Shown here piece after piece: positions 7,133-15,799 of a stretch of DNA of 32,000 bases. The number at the start of each line of letters is the position of its first letter. Positions within the stretch are counted from its first letter, which is position 1. The stretch comes from Candidatus Iainarchaeum sp. (GTDB lineage Archaea; Iainarchaeota; Iainarchaeia; Iainarchaeales; 0-14-0-20-30-16): the NCBI GenBank assembly GCA_028710695.1, contig JAQTTP010000004.1:1-32000 (forward strand). Reading direction: 5' to 3'. The notes under the pieces are model-generated. The model saw nothing but the letters and a program-made list of their open reading frames with translations. It searched no databases and was not told the origin of the DNA. A program made the position numbers and the translations under genes.

Positions 7133-9070
7133 ATGGATATAGAAAAGTACTTTTGGATCATTCTTGTTGTTCTGTTTTTTTCCGTATTTTTTGTACTTGT
7201 CAATCTTAATACTAATCAAGTTACGCAAGGTAATTCCGCACTAGATTCTTATTTATTTTTTGATTTGAATAAATTAAAATTTAACGTTTCAAATATATCT
7301 GATAAATTTGGTTTTTTTATTGCCCCCCAAAAAATAACTCTTACTTTTAGATCTTCGAATATTTTTATTAAAGGCAAGACATATAAAACTAAAGTTTATT
7401 CTCAATGTAATGTGATGATAGATGATATAAATTATTTTATTCTTGAGACAGGAGATATAATTGATATTGGACAAAATTGGTATAGATTCAATAAACAGGG
7501 CTGTTATTTTGAGAAACATTCTGGGGATGGGAATTATTTTATAGGCCCAAGTTCGAAAATTACTTTAAATAATGGGGTTTCTGTAGAAATAAAAAAAATA
7601 TTTGAAAATCCTCTTTTTGGGTATGAAAAAGTAATTTTAGATGTATATTCTGTCTTTTCAGTAAATGGAAAAAGACTTTCTGCCGCTCCTCTAAAGTTGA
7701 GGCTAGTGTCTTATCCATCTGTGTCTACTTGGGATAAATATCGTTTTTCTGGATACGGTTCAGTAGTATCTTTAGATAATGGAAATAATACTCTTGACAT
7801 AAAGAAAATAGATTCTTTTAATTTGTCTGCAGTGGGCCCAATAACATATTATCGATTAAGTTTTTTTAGTCCTGAGGCAGTTGGGGCTGTAGAGTCATCA
7901 TTGGACTTATACGATTTTTGTTTGTCTAAAGAGAATAATAATTACAAAAAATGTTTATATCTGTTACCATATGTTCCTCGTGAAAGCGAAATTTTCACAT
8001 CTAATGAAAATTTTTCCTTTATTTATCCAGCAACTTTGAAAAATCCGGAATATACTCTAAAACAATTTAATAACTGTTATAACTTTGTGAGTAGCAAGCT
8101 TAACACAACCCCTCTATTTATGCCGATCCCCGTTCGTATTTTGCCAGAGTTATTGGCTCAAGGGGCCGCACCAGGGTTTACTAATCAAGATACAGGCATT
8201 TATATTGCACCAGTAAGTTATGATTCAAATTTATGTTCCGCTCCATTTATTGCCCATGAGCTTGTGCATTATTTTCTTATGCCAAATAATATAGAAACCA
8301 TATACAGCGAAGGAATTGCATCATATATCGAAAACCAAGTGATTGATCTTAAACAAATTATTCTTCGTAATTCAGATGTGAACATTGGCTTTAGTTCTCC
8401 ATTTTATTACAATGGTACTTTAGGGTTGATGCTGTCTTCTTTGAATGGTATGTTTTCGACACCCCACATTATAATTGACTATGGTTACAAAACCATTGTT
8501 AATACAAACCCTTCTTGGAATAAGATCGCGAGTATACCTGTGGATGTTGGTTTTGGAGGAACAAATATAATGGATGATCTTGTAGCCCCGATAATTCACT
8601 TTAAGTCTGTTAATTCAAGTAACAATACTGTAATTATAGATATTTATGACAAAAATATTCTTACCACAAAACTGGGTTGTGGATCTGACTATTTTGTTCA
8701 AACCAAAGGATGGATTTCTGATTTAAATGAAGTAATTCTTGCAGATGTATCAATTGCTCCGCATATCAGTTATACTGAATTAGATAAATTTGAAGCGACA
8801 GTTAATCCATATCCCGCTTTACATCATTATTATACCTCTGCGTGTTTTTTTGAATTACTTGACGTTAATCTTGGATTGCCTAAAGTTGTGCAAAAAATAA
8901 AAACACATTCTTCTATGGCAGATCAGGGTTTTTACTTTTTAGACTATCTTTCAGAAAAAGGACTTGATGTAAATTATTTAACTGGTGTTTTTGGGCTTGG
9001 TCCAAATGTAAACACTAAACCTTATGCTGATAGTTTTCAAGGGGATATAGGAAAATATTATGAAAATTAG
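7133..9070 (+). CDS. Membrane-anchored extracellular protein with gluzincin-like HExxH...E (Peptidase_MA-like) motif
   Basis: N-terminal TM anchor (YFWIILVVLFFSVFFVLV). FIAHELVHYF followed by YSEGIASYIE gives an HExxH-x13-E arrangement. Many N-x-S/T sequons (NVSNIS, NNT, NLS, NFS, NTT, NGT, NSSNNT). Confidence 0.6.
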   Translation: MDIEKYFWIILVVLFFSVFFVLVNLNTNQVTQGNSALDSYLFFDLNKLKFNVSNISDKFGFFIAPQKITLTFRSSNIFIKGKTYKTKVYSQCNVMIDDINYFILETGDIIDIGQNWYRFNKQGCYFEKHSGDGNYFIGPSSKITLNNGVSVEIKKIFENPLFGYEKVILDVYSVFSVNGKRLSAAPLKLRLVSYPSVSTWDKYRFSGYGSVVSLDNGNNTLDIKKIDSFNLSAVGPITYYRLSFFSPEAVGAVESSLDLYDFCLSKENNNYKKCLYLLPYVPRESEIFTSNENFSFIYPATLKNPEYTLKQFNNCYNFVSSKLNTTPLFMPIPVRILPELLAQGAAPGFTNQDTGIYIAPVSYDSNLCSAPFIAHELVHYFLMPNNIETIYSEGIASYIENQVIDLKQIILRNSDVNIGFSSPFYYNGTLGLMLSSLNGMFSTPHIIIDYGYKTIVNTNPSWNKIASIPVDVGFGGTNIMDDLVAPIIHFKSVNSSNNTVIIDIYDKNILTTKLGCGSDYFVQTKGWISDLNEVILADVSIAPHISYTELDKFEATVNPYPALHHYYTSACFFELLDVNLGLPKVVQKIKTHSSMADQGFYFLDYLSEKGLDVNYLTGVFGLGPNVNTKPYADSFQGDIGKYYEN

Positions 9071-9816
9071 TGTAACCTGGTAATCATCATTTGGGTAGGA
9101 TTTAATGCCTTAAAACTAAATCCATTTCTTTCTAAATATTTTTGTAAAGCCTCTACTCTTTTTTCGGTTATTTTATGCTGCTCTCCTGTGTGAATTAAAG
9201 CAATACCCCCAATACTTAAAGAATGTGTAATCTTTAGAATTGCAATTTCAGGGTGTTGACTATATACTACTCCGCCCATATAAGAAACAATAAAATCATA
9301 CTCGTGCTTTGGAAGCCAAGTATCGATTGTAACTTTATGTACTTTATCTACTGTCCCTCTACCAAGTTTATCTTTTAGCTGATTGGATACCCCCAGACTC
9401 ATTGCGTGTGTTTCTATTTTATCTCCAAATGTATCTCTTAACTCAGCCAGCACATTCCCATCTCCTGCGCCCACATCTAAAACTCTTGCGAATCCTTTCT
9501 TTGTAACTTGTTCTTTTACTAGGCCGGGTATATCTATATCTTTATATTTTTCTCCAGGTCTTCCAATTTCGTAAAAATCATAGCCAAGCAAGGCCTTTGG
9601 GCCTTTTAATCTTCGGTTTAGTACCCAAAAATAAGGGTTACGTTCTGCATCCCGCATCTTTCCATCTTGAATTATTTCTTTTGCTTTTTGTCTTGCTTCT
9701 TTATTTGTCCAAATTCTTTTTAATGCCTCATGTGCTTTTCTAATCCCCTCATTCAAGAAAGGGCTTCTTCTTTCTACTTTTGCAACAGGTCTTGGGGGTT
9801 TAGGCATCTTTATCAC
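9067..9816 (-). CDS. Class I SAM-dependent methyltransferase with N-terminal extension (paralogue B)
   Basis: ARVLDVGAGDGNVLAELRDTFGDKIETHA, EYDFIVSYMGG and HSLSIGG align block-for-block with 2753-3502. N-terminal module is FLNEGIRKAHEALKRIW. Confidence 0.8.
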   Translation of the reverse strand: MIKMPKPPRPVAKVERRSPFLNEGIRKAHEALKRIWTNKEARQKAKEIIQDGKMRDAERNPYFWVLNRRLKGPKALLGYDFYEIGRPGEKYKDIDIPGLVKEQVTKKGFARVLDVGAGDGNVLAELRDTFGDKIETHAMSLGVSNQLKDKLGRGTVDKVHKVTIDTWLPKHEYDFIVSYMGGVVYSQHPEIAILKITHSLSIGGIALIHTGEQHKITEKRVEALQKYLERNGFSFKALNPTQMMITRLH

Positions 9817-9845
9817 TAATAATATTATATTTTTATTTTTCTGTT

Positions 9846-10526
9846 TTATGGTTTATTATTGTTATTGAAATCATATCCATGGTCTAGAATTTCTTGCATT
9901 TCTTTACGAATTATTCTAATTAACATAAAAAACTTTCCTGCAGTTGGCTTGTATTTTTTAGATGCATATTTACGCATAAGTATTGCAAGATTTTCTAAAA
10001 TACCAATTGTAAAATGGGGGTTAAAAACTCGCCCGTCGGTAAGGGCTCTAAGTTCGTGTGCTAAAGATCCATAAGGATTTGATAAGTATTTTTTATAATA
10101 ATCTATTGCATTTCGTGCTTCAGTTAGGGACTTTTTTCCAGGTGGTAGCGTTGTTTTTCTTTCGCCTCTTAAAACTGCTAAGTCTAAAAAAGGACTTGAC
10201 TTTCCGTCACTATGAAGATATTGATCTATTTCAGTAAACAAACCATCCGCGTTTTTAATTGTTTGTTTTGTTTCTGGTGCATCCATTATCTGTTTTGCAT
10301 TAATTAAAATGAGTTGTCTTTTTGCAGTCCAGTCTCCTTTGCTTGCTTTGTCCTCTAATATTGCTCTGTTTTTTGCTCTTTCTTCATTTTCTTCTTCTGC
10401 CCATCTTTTTTTAATGCTCTCTCTTAACTTTTCTATGGATTCTACTTTTCGCCTTGCATTCCATTCTGATAATCTGACAAAAAGGTTTTTTTTGAGTTTT
10501 CTTGGTTCAATCATTTTTACCACCAA
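9846..10526 (-). CDS. Hypothetical protein (226 aa), charged helical N-terminus
   Basis: ORF in a tight minus-strand cluster, overlapping the upstream exonuclease gene by 20 nt. No recognised catalytic motif. Its N-terminus (RKLKKNLFVRLSEWNARRKVESIEKL...RW) loosely resembles the N-terminal module of the methyltransferase paralogues. Confidence 0.6.
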   Translation of the reverse strand: MVVKMIEPRKLKKNLFVRLSEWNARRKVESIEKLRESIKKRWAEEENEERAKNRAILEDKASKGDWTAKRQLILINAKQIMDAPETKQTIKNADGLFTEIDQYLHSDGKSSPFLDLAVLRGERKTTLPPGKKSLTEARNAIDYYKKYLSNPYGSLAHELRALTDGRVFNPHFTIGILENLAILMRKYASKKYKPTAGKFFMLIRIIRKEMQEILDHGYDFNNNNKP

Positions 10527-11076
10527 TTCGTTTCATTTGCATCTTGTAGACCTCTTCAGTCATTAGAACATCGCCTAAGGAAGAATGTGCATCCTTTGGA
10601 TTCTGACCGCAGAAATGGGAATAACAACTACCTAAGCTTAGGCTTTGGATATCTGAAAGACCAGAATCTTTTAGAAATAAAGTATTATACATTGTGTCTT
10701 TTCTGTGACAATGGATTTTGTCTGTGAAAAGCAGGTTGTTTGTCCTTCTTTTGAACATCTCGTTTATGAAATTCACATCGAATTCTACATTATGGCCTAA
10801 AACATAAGGCCTTCGCTCAAAGTTGTCGTTTATGAAAGTCATTGTCTTCTTTATTGCTGTTACTTCGTCTATTCCCTCTTGCTCTAGGTATGCCATAGAT
10901 ATGCCAGTTATTTGCATTGCTTTTGGATCGTAAATAAGCTCTTTTTGGGGTTTTATAAAAAAAGTGTTATGAATATCTTTCCCAAAGACTTTAAGGGTGA
11001 TAGATGTGATTGCATTTTCTTTTGGGCTTAAACCAGAAGTCTCTACATCTATTACTAAAGTGTTCATATAGCTCAC
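10507..11076 (-). CDS. DnaQ-like DEDDh 3'-5' exonuclease
   Basis: Exo I is LVIDVETSGL, Exo II is LGHNVEFDVNFI and Exo III is AHSSLGDVLMTEEVY (H-x4-D). Confidence 0.8.
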   Translation of the reverse strand: MSYMNTLVIDVETSGLSPKENAITSITLKVFGKDIHNTFFIKPQKELIYDPKAMQITGISMAYLEQEGIDEVTAIKKTMTFINDNFERRPYVLGHNVEFDVNFINEMFKRRTNNLLFTDKIHCHRKDTMYNTLFLKDSGLSDIQSLSLGSCYSHFCGQNPKDAHSSLGDVLMTEEVYKMQMKRIGGKND

Positions 11077-11636
11077 TGTTTCATTTGTTTAAAGATTAAT
11101 TCTTGGATTTCTTCTGGATTATTTATTGCTGCTAAATAACCTTCTGCGCCTTTTTTGTTCTTACTACTTATTTGGCCTGCTAAGGTTTGGATGTAAATAG
11201 AACCAACTTTGAAAATCTGCTCAAGGAAGTTTCTTGATATTGTTAAATCTGATATTTTTGCATAAGGAATTGAAATTACGTTATATCCCAAATAACCTTT
11301 TTTTATTACAAGCCTTTTATCTGTTACCCAATAATGCTCTTTGCGGTATTTTAGGACAGATGCAATTATTCCCCACGCAATTACTAATACATAGATTGCC
11401 CACAAAGTGAAATACATTGAGTTGGGGGTTTTTGAAGATAGCATATTTGGTAAAAATAATAAAAATAATAAAACTGCAAGCAAGACCATTTTTAAAATAT
11501 TCATGTAAATCATTTGCTTTTGTGGCCTAAACTCAGAAATTACTTTTTCTCCTTTTTGTAATAAAAAATCTATCTTAATTCCCCCTATAAAAACGGATAT
11601 AATAATCTGCACATTGATTCTTTTACTTTCATCCAC
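11073..11636 (-). CDS. Membrane protein with bacterial-type PH domain (YdbS/bPH_2-like)
   Basis: GEKVISEFRPQK precedes two TM helices, followed by YWVTDKRLVIKKGYLGYNVISIPYAKISDLTISRNFLEQIFKVGSIYIQT, the bPH_2 pattern. The start is uncertain because the ORF overlaps the upstream cls-like gene by 52 nt. Confidence 0.65.
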   Translation of the reverse strand: MDESKRINVQIIISVFIGGIKIDFLLQKGEKVISEFRPQKQMIYMNILKMVLLAVLLFLLFLPNMLSSKTPNSMYFTLWAIYVLVIAWGIIASVLKYRKEHYWVTDKRLVIKKGYLGYNVISIPYAKISDLTISRNFLEQIFKVGSIYIQTLAGQISSKNKKGAEGYLAAINNPEEIQELIFKQMKQ

Positions 11637-13015
11637 AATGGCCTTTTTTTGAACTCTGTAAGAATAACTTCTTTACTGTTTTTAAAATCCTTTTCAAATA
11701 ATTCCTTCATCTGTTTTTCTTTTTCTAGATTGTTGAAGATCATTGCATTCATTTCAAAGTCGTTGAAGAATCCTCTTGGCTCAATGTTGCAGCTTCCAAT
11801 AGATATGATATTTCTTGTTAATAAAACCTTGCCATGGGTGAAACCATTGTAATAATATATTTTAATTCCCGCCTTTAGTAATTTGCTAAAATTTGTTCTT
11901 GCAGCAGACCAAACAAAGGGAGTATCCCCTGTTCTTGGAAGAATTACTCTTACGTCTATGCCTTTCATTGCTGCGGTTATCAAAGCAGTGAGTATTGCTT
12001 TATCCGGAGTAAAATATGGCACCATAATGTAGAGATAGTCTTTTGCAGAAGTTATAATGTTGAAATAGGCGAAATGAATGTTTGGTGTTTTATAGTCTGG
12101 ACCTGAAGCAACAACAGAAACTAAGTCATTTCCAATAGTTTTTTGTTGCGGAAAATACTCCTTGCCAGTGATTAATTGTTTTGTAAGTAAAAACCAAGTA
12201 GACAAGAAAATAGTTTGTATTGTGTATACTGCATTGCCTTCGACTTTTAGATGAATATCATGCCACTTACCCAATTCTGGGCGACCATGTATATATTCAT
12301 CCCCCACATTTATTCCACCAGTAAATCCAGTTGTTCCATCAATAACTATTATCTTTCTGTGGGTTCTATGGTTTATCTTGCTTTTTAATAGTGAAACATT
12401 CCATGGATACAACGCTTTGATTTCAATTCCTGCATTCTTTAGGTCATGTTTGTCTCTATTTGTTATTTGAGTTACTATGCCATCATAAACAATTCTGATT
12501 TTTATTCCTTCTTTTGCTTTGTCTATTAGGACTTGTTTGATTTCTTTTCCAATTTCTGATTCGAACTTTAATATGTGCATTTCAATGTGTATGTGATGTT
12601 TTGCTTTTTTTAATTCTTTTATTATTTCGTAAAAAGTATCTTTTCCATCAATTAGTATATTTGTTTTGTTATTTGTAGAGTATGGAAATCCGCCTTGAAG
12701 TGCAGTGTTTAATATTCCTGCAACTTGGTCATTTTTTTTATAGAACTCGTTTTTTAGAAGCTCTTGTTGTTCTAGAATTAATCTTTCTCTTTTCTGCCTA
12801 TATTTTTTTCTGAACATTTTTAATCTGATTTTTACAGTGCTATATCTCTTTCCGCCGTAGAAATAAAAAATAAGGCCAATAATTGGAAGGAAAATCACTA
12901 CGAGAAGCCAAAGAATTGTTGATGCAGGGTCTTTATTTTCTAAAAGAATAACAAGAATTATGATTGGAACATAGATCGCGAAGTAAGCAAGAATGATGAT
13001 ATTCCACAAATCCAT
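11585..13015 (-). CDS. cls: Cardiolipin synthase-like phospholipase D family enzyme (two HKD motifs)
   Basis: Two N-terminal TM helices are present. HKD-1 is HRTHRKIIVIDGTTGFTGGINVGDEY and HKD-2 is FTHGKVLLTRNIISIGSCNIEPRGF. Confidence 0.85.
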   Translation of the reverse strand: MDLWNIIILAYFAIYVPIIILVILLENKDPASTILWLLVVIFLPIIGLIFYFYGGKRYSTVKIRLKMFRKKYRQKRERLILEQQELLKNEFYKKNDQVAGILNTALQGGFPYSTNNKTNILIDGKDTFYEIIKELKKAKHHIHIEMHILKFESEIGKEIKQVLIDKAKEGIKIRIVYDGIVTQITNRDKHDLKNAGIEIKALYPWNVSLLKSKINHRTHRKIIVIDGTTGFTGGINVGDEYIHGRPELGKWHDIHLKVEGNAVYTIQTIFLSTWFLLTKQLITGKEYFPQQKTIGNDLVSVVASGPDYKTPNIHFAYFNIITSAKDYLYIMVPYFTPDKAILTALITAAMKGIDVRVILPRTGDTPFVWSAARTNFSKLLKAGIKIYYYNGFTHGKVLLTRNIISIGSCNIEPRGFFNDFEMNAMIFNNLEKEKQMKELFEKDFKNSKEVILTEFKKRPLWMKVKESMCRLLYPFL

Positions 13016-13068
13016 AATTATATAATAGTTATCAAAAATATATATATTATTGTATAGAGTGATAAGAA

Positions 13069-14523
13069 ATGGATCCTAATATTACAAAATTTATGTCTGC
13101 GCTTAATGGAAAAACCTCTTTGCATAACTTAGCATTGAGATCTGGATTGAAATATGACCAGGCAATGCGTATGATGTTTGAACTAGAAAAAGAAAAGTAT
13201 ATTGAAGTTTCAAAAGAAGTTTCTAAGCAGCATAGACTTGGAGAATTTGGTAGAATTTATTCTAAAGAACAATTCCCTGAAGAACTTATTGCTAATGCCC
13301 TAAAGAAAGAGATGCCTTTGGAGGAATTCAAGAAAGAACTTGGGCAGAAGAGCGGATTTGTCTTGGGCTATGGTAGGCAGAATGGATATCTATCCTTTGT
13401 CTTGGGTGGAGAGCAGAAGATAAAACTGATAAAAAAAATAGATTCTGAAAAGTACAAGAAATATAGGAATTTGCTCAGGAAATTAAAAGATGGGCAAGAC
13501 CTAGAAAAAGAAGAAGTAGAATTTTTGAAGACTTATCCTAAGTTAATTGATACTTTTGACAAGACAGAATACTACATAACAAAAAAGAAAGACTTTGCTC
13601 CTGGAAAAGAAGTAGAGTCCCCAAAAGAAATAACTGTTTTGAAGAAAGATCACTTGAAGCAAGACACAAGTAAGTTGAAGTTTAAGAAGTACGATGTTGT
13701 TTCAGATGTTCAACCATACTATGGTGGGAAGAAACAGCCTTACTTAGAATTTTTAGATTTAATAAAGCAAAAGCTAGTGGAATTAGGATTCCAAGAGATG
13801 GAAGCCCCTCTGATTACTCCTGAATTTTATAACTTTGATGTTTTATATCAACCACAAAATCATCCTGCAAGAACCTGGACTGATACTTATAATCTGGATA
13901 CAAAACATAAAGGTGAATTTGATGAAAAGATTGCAAAGCTTGTAAAAGAAGCTCACGAGAAAGGTGGAGTATCTGGATCAAAAGGCTGGGGTGGATCTTG
14001 GAGCATAGATGTTGCAAGAAAGCTTATGCCTGCTGCGCACGGAACAGCAGGATCTGCAAGAAAAATGGCCTCAGGGGCTAAAGAAGGAAAGTACTTTGCT
14101 TTAGCAAGGGTTTACAGGCCTGATGTTGTAGATGCAACACACTTGTGTGAGTTTAACCAGCTTGATGGTATGGTAATTGGTGACAAAAATTCTTTTAGGA
14201 CTCTTTTGGATTTATTGGCTACTTTTGCAAGAGATGTTGCGGGTGCGGAAGAAATGATGTTTTTACCAGATTATTATCCTTTTACTGAGCCATCTGTTCA
14301 GCTTTCAGCGAAACACCCTAAATTGGGTTGGGTTGAGTTTGGTGGAGCAGGGATTGCCAGGCCAGAAATTACAGAAACTTTGGGAATAAAAGGAAGAGTA
14401 CTTATCTGGGGTTTGGGAATAGACAGATTGGCAATGTTTAATTTGGGAATAAAAGACATAAGAGATTTGTTCTCAAGTAATTTGGATTTGTTGAGAAAGC
14501 AGAAAGTGAATACGAAAATATAG
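13069..14523 (+). CDS. pheS: Phenylalanyl-tRNA synthetase alpha subunit (archaeal type)
   Basis: FYNFDVLYQPQNHPARTWTDTY (motif 1 region), ARVYRPDVVDATHLCEFNQLDG (motif 2) and GAGIARPEI...WGLGIDRLAM (motif 3). It has the long N-terminal wHTH-like extension typical of archaeal PheS. Confidence 0.93.
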   Translation: MDPNITKFMSALNGKTSLHNLALRSGLKYDQAMRMMFELEKEKYIEVSKEVSKQHRLGEFGRIYSKEQFPEELIANALKKEMPLEEFKKELGQKSGFVLGYGRQNGYLSFVLGGEQKIKLIKKIDSEKYKKYRNLLRKLKDGQDLEKEEVEFLKTYPKLIDTFDKTEYYITKKKDFAPGKEVESPKEITVLKKDHLKQDTSKLKFKKYDVVSDVQPYYGGKKQPYLEFLDLIKQKLVELGFQEMEAPLITPEFYNFDVLYQPQNHPARTWTDTYNLDTKHKGEFDEKIAKLVKEAHEKGGVSGSKGWGGSWSIDVARKLMPAAHGTAGSARKMASGAKEGKYFALARVYRPDVVDATHLCEFNQLDGMVIGDKNSFRTLLDLLATFARDVAGAEEMMFLPDYYPFTEPSVQLSAKHPKLGWVEFGGAGIARPEITETLGIKGRVLIWGLGIDRLAMFNLGIKDIRDLFSSNLDLLRKQKVNTKI

Positions 14524-15216
14524 CTATCCAATCTTTGTAACAACAGCTACATTTTCAATATATTTTTCTACTTTTATTCTGAATCTTAAATCTTTAATAT
14601 TTCTTAGTTCGCCATGATAAGGATATATTATAAGTCGCCCACCCTTGCTTAGCGAGTGTGCAAGCATTTCGGCATATTGGAATTCTAATCCTTGCGTAAC
14701 ATAGTGTAGGCCGCCCCAATATGAAACTATTAAATCATATTCTCTGTCTGGGGTAAATCCTTCTAGGCTTCTTTGGATTATTCTGTCTATTGCCCCCTTT
14801 TCTAATTTGTGTTTTAGTTGAGGGGTTGTTGTTAAGCCCATTGCTGTTGTATGAACGCGGTTTCCAAAAAAATGTTTTAATAGTGCAAGATAGTTCCCAT
14901 CTCCTGCCCCTAAATCTAAGATATGAACTTTGTCCCTTGTTTCCAATAATTCTCTTATGTGCCTGTGTATATCTACTCCGTAGTCGGAAATCGAATAAGT
15001 TATTCTCCGTCGTGAATATGTTGCTGTTTCTCCGCCATTTTCATTTGCTTTTCTGTCTTTTTCTAAAGCTTTTCTGAGTTTATTACGTATTTCGTCTCTT
15101 GTCTCGGGATCTCTTAGTCTTTCTAAATATGTGCGGTGTAACCTTTCGACATGGGGGTTTAAGAATTGTGGTTTATCTGCCCTGTGCCCAACAATGGCTC
15201 TGATTAATTCGCGCAT
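14524..15216 (-). CDS. Class I SAM-dependent methyltransferase with N-terminal extension (paralogue C)
   Basis: VHILDLGAGDGNYLALLKHFFGNRVHTTAM, EYDLIVSYWGG and HSLSKGG. N-terminal module is FLNPHVERLHRTYLERL. Its stop codon directly abuts the pheS stop (convergent, 0-nt gap). Confidence 0.75.
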   Translation of the reverse strand: MRELIRAIVGHRADKPQFLNPHVERLHRTYLERLRDPETRDEIRNKLRKALEKDRKANENGGETATYSRRRITYSISDYGVDIHRHIRELLETRDKVHILDLGAGDGNYLALLKHFFGNRVHTTAMGLTTTPQLKHKLEKGAIDRIIQRSLEGFTPDREYDLIVSYWGGLHYVTQGLEFQYAEMLAHSLSKGGRLIIYPYHGELRNIKDLRFRIKVEKYIENVAVVTKIG

Positions 15217-15314
15217 AAATAAAATTAGTCTTTAGATTATAAAAAGATATTGGGGGCAAGTAGGGGAAAGGACAGCTTTAGTTAGATGTGGGTATTAAAA
15301 AAAGAAAAAAGGAA

Positions 15315-15722
15315 TCATTTTCCTTTTATTCTTACTATTCTTGTTTGTGCATCTGCTTTAATATATTCAACTTCTGCACCAGATTGTAAGTCACTAGAGC
15401 TTATGTCAGATGGAACATTTGTTTCTATTGTTTCATAGCTTTGCAAGTCCATGATCTGGACAGATTCTCCTGAATTAGCAACTACTTGTGCGTTTCCGGT
15501 GTAAATCTTTGGTTTTTTTGCGTCGTCTCCGGTTCCACATAATAAGTTAAGTTTTTTATCTGTGAATAAAGCAACACCAACAATTCTTGCTTTTGCTGCA
15601 CCGTGTTTTCCAGGTTTGGATTTTTCGATAATAGTAATCTTACAAGGAATATCTTCAATTAGAATTATGTTTCCAATTTTTAAACTATTAATCTTTTCAT
15701 ATTCAAAATCCATAGCCATCAC
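15315..15722 (-). CDS. eif5a: Translation initiation factor 5A (aIF5A)
   Basis: The hypusination loop SKPGKHGAAKARIVG is present, with an OB-fold C-terminal half (VQIMDLQSYETIE). The exact start among MMAM is uncertain. Confidence 0.9.
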   Translation of the reverse strand: MMAMDFEYEKINSLKIGNIILIEDIPCKITIIEKSKPGKHGAAKARIVGVALFTDKKLNLLCGTGDDAKKPKIYTGNAQVVANSGESVQIMDLQSYETIETNVPSDISSSDLQSGAEVEYIKADAQTRIVRIKGK

Positions 15723-15799
15723 ACCATAATTATTAGTTTGTTATATCTTATATAATTTAAAAACAAAAGGTATATATAGATTTATGATATGTTTTTAGT

